The notes below the pieces were generated by a model, which was not told where the DNA came from, made no database searches, and saw only the letters and a list, made by a program, of their open reading frames with translations. The position numbers and the translations under genes are program-made. This document shows, in pieces, positions 58,604 to 64,000 of a stretch of 64,000 nt of DNA; position 1 is the stretch's first letter; each line of letters begins with the position of its first letter. The DNA comes from Kiritimatiellia bacterium (GTDB lineage Bacteria > Verrucomicrobiota > Kiritimatiellia > CAIKKV01 > CAITUY01), in contig JBBQNS010000005.1 of assembly GCA_038330175.1 (NCBI GenBank), forward strand, positions 20-64,019, written 5' to 3'.

Positions 58604-58674
58604 ACCCACCCCTAACCCCTCCAGGGAGGGGATCTTCATCTGGCTCCCCTCCCTGGAGGGGTTAGGGGTGGGTG
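58604..58674. repeat. REP-like palindromic element family A, full copy
   Basis: ACCCACCCCTAACCCCTCCAGGGAGGGGATCTTCATCTGGCTCCCCTCCCTGGAGGGGTTAGGGGTGGGTG. Confidence 0.7.
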
Positions 58675-58731
58675 ATCTATAGGTTTGTTCGAAAACGCGC
58701 ATTAAGAACTAAACCATGCGCCCCTAGCCCG

Positions 58732-61700
58732 TCAGGGTTTTGCGATTGGCAGCGTAATCACGGCCGTTGTCCCCTTGCCAGGTGCTGATTCAATCGACAG
58801 GCGTCCGCCCAGGCTTTCGAGTCGCTGGCGGATGGCGAACAAACCAAAACCGCCCTGACGCACTTCGTGCCGCGCCAATTGCCCGGTTTCAATTCCTCGG
58901 CCATCATCCTGCACCCTTATCTGAACCCCTGTTTCCGTGTTGGAAACGACCACGCTAATGACACACGGCCCGGCATGTTTCAGAGCGTTCATAATCAGCT
59001 CCCGGGCTGACTGGAAAAGCAAGCCGCGGATCGTTTCATCCAGAACCGCAGTTAGTCCGCCATCTTCGACATTGACCCTGATGCCATGCTTCTGCTGGAT
59101 GGTGTCCGCCAGGTCCTTGAACGCCGGAATGAGGCCCACTTCGTAAAGCAGAGGCGGGGTGAGTTCGGACATCACGTTCCGGCATTCGCTGATGGCATCG
59201 TCTACCAGCTTCTTAGTCTCCTTCAGATTGTCCGCTTCCTGATTAGTCCTGCCTTCCGCCATAGCCTTCTGTGTGGCCGCCAGTCTCATGCTGGAAAGAG
59301 ACAGGTTCTGGATGATGGTGTCATGAATGTAGCGGGAGATCTGCCAGCGCGCTTTTTCTTCGGACACTGCCAATCGCTCGGCAAGGGCACGCAGGCGTAC
59401 CTGATACTGAACGGCTTCATCTTCCATCTCCTTGCGCTGGGTAATATCGGTACCCACGCAAAATATCTCCCTAACCTTGCCGTGCTGATCACGCACCGCG
59501 CGATTGGACCAATGCACCCAGACCCGCTTCCCGCTCTTGCCGACATTCTCATTTTCGTTGACCGCATGCCGGTCGGGATCCTCTGTGATCGACAGTATCA
59601 TGGCCCGCTGATCACGCCCGGCCGAATCTTTTTCCGGGACAATCGTGCCCACTACATTCCGGCCCAGCACTTCCTCCTGCGTATACCCAAAGAGTTTCTG
59701 TGCGTACTCATTAAAAAACAGGATGGTATGTTCAGGCGTAACCCGCATGATGATGCTGTTTGCATTCTCCACCAGTTCACGGTATTTGCGCGCGCTTTCT
59801 ATAAGGGCTTGCTGGTTCGATTTCAGCTGGGTCACATCCGTAAACGTCACCACGATGCCATCCGCCTGCTGGGCCTGGGTTCGATGCGGCACCAGACGGA
59901 CCAGATAGGACGAGCCGTCCGCATGCCGTACTTCACGCTCCACTGCGGAAGCCGTTTTGGCGACCGCCCGGACATCCGCCATCAGGTCATAGCCAACCAA
60001 CTGCATTGAAAAGTCAGTGAGCGGCCGCCCCACATCAGAAGACAGAATCTTGAAAATCCGGTTCGCGGCGGGTGTAAACAGCCTGATCCCCAGCTCATTG
60101 TCCAAGAAAATGGTCGCCACCTCGGTGGACTCGAGGAACTTGGCGATATCACTATTGGCCACTACCAATTGCTCAACCTTTGCCTGCAACTGGCTGTTGA
60201 CGGTGGTTAACTCCTCGTTCACGGATTGCAGTTCTTCCTTCGACGTCTCCAGTTCCTCGTTGGACGATTGGAGTTCCTCGTTCGTCGAAATCACTTCCTC
60301 ATTCGAAATCCGGAGATCCTCATTGGAAGCCTGCAGATCCTGGATGGTCGATTGTAGGTCCTGTTCGGTGACCCGTAACGCCTCCTCGAGCTGGCGGATG
60401 ATCGTTTCATTCCCGGCCGCCGCCGGCGGACCGGGTTCCGCCGCTGCGAGATGGGCGACATCCTCAAAAATAACCGCCAGGATCGGCTCCTTTTCCGGTC
60501 GCAGCATCAGCGGGGCGATCGTGATGCGGGCCAGCGGCGAGCCTTCCTCGCGAGTGATGGGCACAGAACTCAGGATGGCTGACCGACCGGTTGAGAGCGC
60601 CTCGTGCATCGCCGTCCGCAGTCGCGCTGAAAGCCCCTGCTTGGCGATATCGAGCAGGTTCAGATTGGGCTCGGCCACCGGCATATCCAGGTACTTGCCA
60701 GTCTGACCATGAAACTGGAGCACCTGCCCTTTCCGGTCAACGAGCACGACGCTGGCGGCAAAGTGCTGCAAGACCACTTGCCTGATCACATCCCCAAGAT
60801 TGGCCGCCGCGGGTTTCTTGGGAGGATCCACGGGGCGAGGCGGCATCATTCTCCTGCCCGGCAGAACGGCACCAGAAACAATCGGGCGGGCCGGTGTGAG
60901 ACGGCGGAATAGCCGCGCTTTCTTGGAGACCAGGGTGAAAAGATCCTCACGGTCGGCCGCCGACTCCGCCTTGCCCAGAAAAAGATAACCACTGGGATTC
61001 AGGGCGAAATTGAACAAGGGAATCACCTTCGCCTGCGCCTCGGTGTCCAGATAGATCAACAGGTTACGGCAACAGATGATATCCATTTTGGAAAACGGGG
61101 GATCGGAGATCAGGTTATGTGAGGCAAAAACCACGGCACCGCGGAGCGGCTCACGAATCTGAAACCCCTGTACCTTCGCGAGGAAGAACTTCGCCAGTCG
61201 CCCGGGCTCCACGTCGGCAGCAATGCTCGCCGGGTAGAGTCCCTGACGCGCCAGTTGCAACGCATCCTCATCAATATCGGTGGCAAAGACATTCACGATA
61301 CGGTTGACATGCGCCGCCTCCATCTCCTCCATAAGCAACATCGCCACGGAATAGGCTTCTTCACCTGACGCACAACCCGCCACCCAGACCCGTAGCAAAT
61401 CCCCCTCCTTGCTCGCCTGAATCAACGGGACAATAGCCTTTTGACGGAACTCCTCGAAGGCTTCCGTATCCCGGAAGAAGGCGGTGACATTAATGAGCAG
61501 GTCCTTCTGCAACTGGTTGACCTCATCAGGCTCCTGGTTAAGGAGTTGACTATACCCGGCCAACTCCGACAGGTGGTGCAAGCCCATCCGGCGCTGGATC
61601 CGCCTCAGAATGGTACTCTTTTTATAACATCGGAAATCACAACCCGTCCGGGTCGCCACAAGTGCCAGGATGTCTTGAATCCCGTCAGGGTTTCCCGGGT

Positions 61701-62358
61701 CATCGAGAACTTCGACAGGCTCGCTGCCCTGGAGGTAAGGCTGCTTCAAATACGTTAAAAGGGCTTCCGGCATCCGATCCGGCGGAAGAATATAATCGAC
61801 CTGGCCCGTGGACACGGCGTTACGCGGCATATCACCAAATTGCGCTGTCTCAGAATCCTGAGTTATGGTCAACCCGCCACCCCCCCGAACCGCGCGTACC
61901 CCGAGCGTTCCATCGGAACCCGTCCCCGAGAACAAAATGGCAATCGCGCACTCCTGCCGGTCCTCCGCCAGCGAGCGCAGGAAGAAATCAATGGGCATTC
62001 TGATACCGTGCTCAATGACGGGTTTGGCCAGAAACAGAATTCCGTTACTGATCCGCAGGTACTGGTTTGGCGGAATGACGTAAACATGGTTTGGCTCGAC
62101 CTGAGTGCCATCCGCGACCTGGACTACCTTCATACTGGTGCAACGGGCCAGAATATCCGCCAACAGACTCTCGTGGGCTGGCGCCAAGTGCTGGATAACC
62201 ACAAACGCCGCACCACTATCGGCAGGCATCGCTGAGAGAAAACTTCGAAACGGTTCAAGGGCGCCAGCGGATCCCCCAAGGCAGGCCACAGGTATTCCGG
62301 CGGAGGACTTGCAGGTTTTATCAGGGCGCTTTTTCTTCATAACTTGTTTATCCATCAT
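58732..62358 (-). CDS. CheB-CheR fusion protein with coiled-coil, PAS and HisKA_3/HATPase_c kinase domains
   Basis: 1208 aa; CheB methylesterase N-terminus, CheR SAM motif (LRVWVAGCASGEEAYSVAMLL), long coiled-coil, PAS, H-box region HDTIIQNLS, ATPase. Confidence 0.88.
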   Translation of the reverse strand: MMDKQVMKKKRPDKTCKSSAGIPVACLGGSAGALEPFRSFLSAMPADSGAAFVVIQHLAPAHESLLADILARCTSMKVVQVADGTQVEPNHVYVIPPNQYLRISNGILFLAKPVIEHGIRMPIDFFLRSLAEDRQECAIAILFSGTGSDGTLGVRAVRGGGGLTITQDSETAQFGDMPRNAVSTGQVDYILPPDRMPEALLTYLKQPYLQGSEPVEVLDDPGNPDGIQDILALVATRTGCDFRCYKKSTILRRIQRRMGLHHLSELAGYSQLLNQEPDEVNQLQKDLLINVTAFFRDTEAFEEFRQKAIVPLIQASKEGDLLRVWVAGCASGEEAYSVAMLLMEEMEAAHVNRIVNVFATDIDEDALQLARQGLYPASIAADVEPGRLAKFFLAKVQGFQIREPLRGAVVFASHNLISDPPFSKMDIICCRNLLIYLDTEAQAKVIPLFNFALNPSGYLFLGKAESAADREDLFTLVSKKARLFRRLTPARPIVSGAVLPGRRMMPPRPVDPPKKPAAANLGDVIRQVVLQHFAASVVLVDRKGQVLQFHGQTGKYLDMPVAEPNLNLLDIAKQGLSARLRTAMHEALSTGRSAILSSVPITREEGSPLARITIAPLMLRPEKEPILAVIFEDVAHLAAAEPGPPAAAGNETIIRQLEEALRVTEQDLQSTIQDLQASNEDLRISNEEVISTNEELQSSNEELETSKEELQSVNEELTTVNSQLQAKVEQLVVANSDIAKFLESTEVATIFLDNELGIRLFTPAANRIFKILSSDVGRPLTDFSMQLVGYDLMADVRAVAKTASAVEREVRHADGSSYLVRLVPHRTQAQQADGIVVTFTDVTQLKSNQQALIESARKYRELVENANSIIMRVTPEHTILFFNEYAQKLFGYTQEEVLGRNVVGTIVPEKDSAGRDQRAMILSITEDPDRHAVNENENVGKSGKRVWVHWSNRAVRDQHGKVREIFCVGTDITQRKEMEDEAVQYQVRLRALAERLAVSEEKARWQISRYIHDTIIQNLSLSSMRLAATQKAMAEGRTNQEADNLKETKKLVDDAISECRNVMSELTPPLLYEVGLIPAFKDLADTIQQKHGIRVNVEDGGLTAVLDETIRGLLFQSARELIMNALKHAGPCVISVVVSNTETGVQIRVQDDGRGIETGQLARHEVRQGGFGLFAIRQRLESLGGRLSIESAPGKGTTAVITLPIAKP

Positions 62359-62434
62359 GGGGATCCAGTTGCATGAGAGTTATACGCTTGGAAGGACAGA
62401 ACGACAAGCAGTCCCTATAGACCTAACCCGACTG

Positions 62435-62573
62435 AGCCGAAACTAAGATGAAGATTTTTGAACAACCATTAAGCCCCGGTCGGTTACAGAAGCACGCAAA
62501 GAATGCTGTGCTTACCGCCTTCGGCGGAAAAACAATTTCTCACCTTCGCGTCCTTTGCGTGCTTCTGTTCAAA
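62435..62573. repeat. MITE-like repeat family B, copy with 20-bp insertion in left terminus
   Basis: AGCCGAAACTAAGATGAAGATTTTTGAACAA[..20 bp..]ACAGAAGCACGCAAAG ... CCTTTGCGTGCTTCTGTTCAAA. Confidence 0.6.
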
Positions 62574-62686
62574 TTGCGTTTATTCGCGCAGTGGGATTAG
62601 TTAACCGTAAGCAAACGGCAACCGGAAATGAAACCCACCAAAAGCACGCCCAAAATGATGCGATAGATATTCATATTAGTTCTCCC

Positions 62687-62902
62687 TCAGTCTTGTTTTT
62701 TGCCTACCAATACCAAAACGATGCCGCCGACCAGCATGAGCGCTCCGGCAACAGGCGGGATAAAGTGACTCCTTGTCGTCTCGACATGGACTCCAAGAAG
62801 ATCTATCGGCTGTCCCGGAGTCTTGAAAGACAAACCCGAGTAGGCCAAAACCACAATACCCAGCGTTATCAGAATCACCGCCAACAGTTTATTTCCACTC
62901 AT
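62687..62902 (-). CDS. small two-TM membrane protein (hypothetical; DUF3185-like?)
   Basis: 71 aa, two hydrophobic helices. Confidence 0.45.
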   Translation of the reverse strand: MSGNKLLAVILITLGIVVLAYSGLSFKTPGQPIDLLGVHVETTRSHFIPPVAGALMLVGGIVLVLVGKKQD

Positions 62903-63155
62903 ATAACCTTCTTTATTAATGATTTTTTACGTTCTTACAAGGAAATTCTAGCCAGAACGGTGCCCTAATTGGAATCGGCAGAACCCTTATATTGCGGGTG
63001 GATAAACCTTAGAGGAGTCAGGTGTAGTCGCCTGTGTCCTCACAGGCGTGGCGGAAAGAGCGCGGCTGGGGACAGCCGCTACTACACAAAGAGGGCGCGA
63101 AACACGTGTAGGGCTAACGATCGCTGCTGCTGCGCACGTTATACCGAAGTTCGCC

Positions 63156-63539
63156 TTAGCTCCTGGGCCGCTTGTCAATTAGCGCCGTATAATGAGCCGC
63201 ACCGCTGGCCTGCATCCAGTTTTTCTCGGAGGTGAGAATGCGTATGATGCACAATCCGGCAATCATATAGAGCAATCCCAAGACCATCAGAACAATGGCG
63301 TTGGTGGGCGCAGGCAATAACGCATATAACCCGACATGAAATAGAACGAAGCCAACCCCTGCCAGGGTCAGGCTCACTGTCCGAGCGAGGCTCATCAGGT
63401 AGAGTTGACGTGCCGTTCGCACAGCCCGCAGATACCAGATGGCCCCTCGAATCTTGGCAAGGTCGAGCGCGCCTCCCTGCACATTTCTCAATAGTGAGGC
63501 CAAGGTGCCGCTAAGCACATTTCTGAAAAATGTCTTCAT
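63156..63539 (-). CDS. YqjE/DUF1469-like inner membrane protein (phage-holin-superfamily fold, not prophage)
   Basis: 127 aa, two TM; immediately downstream of DUF883 gene as in E. coli yqjD-yqjE. Confidence 0.4.
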   Translation of the reverse strand: MKTFFRNVLSGTLASLLRNVQGGALDLAKIRGAIWYLRAVRTARQLYLMSLARTVSLTLAGVGFVLFHVGLYALLPAPTNAIVLMVLGLLYMIAGLCIIRILTSEKNWMQASGAAHYTALIDKRPRS

Positions 63540-63551
63540 GAGGTGTTCGCT

Positions 63552-63899
63552 TTACTTTTTTCGGCCCAGGATATACCCGACGAGAAGCGCCGCCACTGCC
63601 GCGCCACCAATATAGGGCCACGGGTTGGTATGCACGTGCTCATCCACTGCCGTACCGGCTTTCTTCATTTTCGCCATCGTCACATCCTTGGCGTGCAAGA
63701 TCCCCTCGATAGCCCGCTTCTCGTTGGTGGCCAGCGACTCCATTACCGAACTTCCCGTTTCTTCGAGCGCGTCTTTTAGATGGACATACTTGTTCGATAT
63801 CAAATCCTTGATTCCGTCCTTCTTTTCCCGCGCTGCTTCTTCGAGCAACTTCAAGGCTTCTTCAATCTTCTCAGTACTAGTATGAGTTGAGTTCATCAT
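63552..63899 (-). CDS. DUF883 (ElaB/YqjD) family membrane-anchored stress protein
   Basis: 115 aa; C-terminal NPWPYIGGAAVAALLVGYILGRKK signature. Confidence 0.7.
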   Translation of the reverse strand: MMNSTHTSTEKIEEALKLLEEAAREKKDGIKDLISNKYVHLKDALEETGSSVMESLATNEKRAIEGILHAKDVTMAKMKKAGTAVDEHVHTNPWPYIGGAAVAALLVGYILGRKK

Positions 63900-64000
63900 G
63901 ACTCCTTTTTTTCGTTTACATCGTCCAGCACGTCACTTTGCCAGCCGCTTCTAATCGGACATTGTTTAGTTCAAAACGATGTATCCTCCACGTAATAAAC

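Noticed and set aside
63156-63539. Holin-like membrane protein as evidence of a prophage
   Set aside because: No capsid, terminase, integrase or lysin genes are nearby. The position directly after a DUF883 gene matches the chromosomal yqjD-yqjE stress module.
1-64000. tRNA, rRNA, CRISPR array, integrase/transposase genes
   Set aside because: No cloverleaf-compatible sequences, spacer-repeat arrays or recombinase ORFs were found by eye. The mobile elements present are non-autonomous (MITE/REP type).

Overview
This is a 64 kb high-GC bacterial chromosomal window from a Gram-negative-type organism (OM beta-barrel, lipobox lipoproteins and BON/OsmY proteins are present). Nearly all genes are on the minus strand, and no rRNA, tRNA or CRISPR was recognised. 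Content in order:

- A GS-GOGAT operon, glnN (type III glutamine synthetase)-gltB-gltD, with a sigma-54-type promoter.
- An SDR gene flanked by hairpins, a Gfo/Idh/MocA oxidoreductase and carB.
- A small islet holding an AbiEi/AbiEii toxin-antitoxin pair, a MITE-like insertion and a REP palindrome.
- A Wsp-like chemosensory operon: CheW-CheR(TPR)-CheW-MCP-CheA::REC-CheB. It ends in two truncated signalling genes that are paralogues of modules in a second, intact signalling locus at 53-62 kb.
- A 15 kb stress/redox island bracketed by two paralogous large-subunit catalases. It holds an OM beta-barrel protein, a glycine-zipper stress protein, a BON protein, an entericidin, DUF883 proteins and several unannotated small membrane peptides. 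It also holds a tight six-gene operon encoding an MBL-rhodanese sulfurtransferase, a split YeeE/YedE sulfur transporter, a U32-family hydroxylase-like protein, a SAM methyltransferase and a type III polyketide synthase.
- A decayed stretch with a REC domain lacking its HTH, a C-terminal fragment of a PQQ sugar dehydrogenase, sod and an N-terminal bacterioferritin fragment.
- A tripartite HipB-HipS-HipT toxin-antitoxin with palindromic operator candidates.
- A GH1 beta-glucosidase.
- The intact signalling locus: a GT28 glycolipid synthase, REC-HD-GYP, REC-HisKA-HATPase, a 1060-aa cytoplasmic hybrid kinase carrying a 3x423-bp tandem PAS triplication, and a 1208-aa CheB-CheR-PAS-kinase fusion.
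- A YqjD/YqjE-like membrane stress module.

At least three interspersed repeat families (a REP-like palindrome, a MITE-like element with TTTGAACAGAAGCACGCAAAGG termini, and two single large MITE-like palindromes) sit in promoter or leader regions. The most novel candidate is the sulfur-trafficking / U32 / methyltransferase / type III PKS operon.
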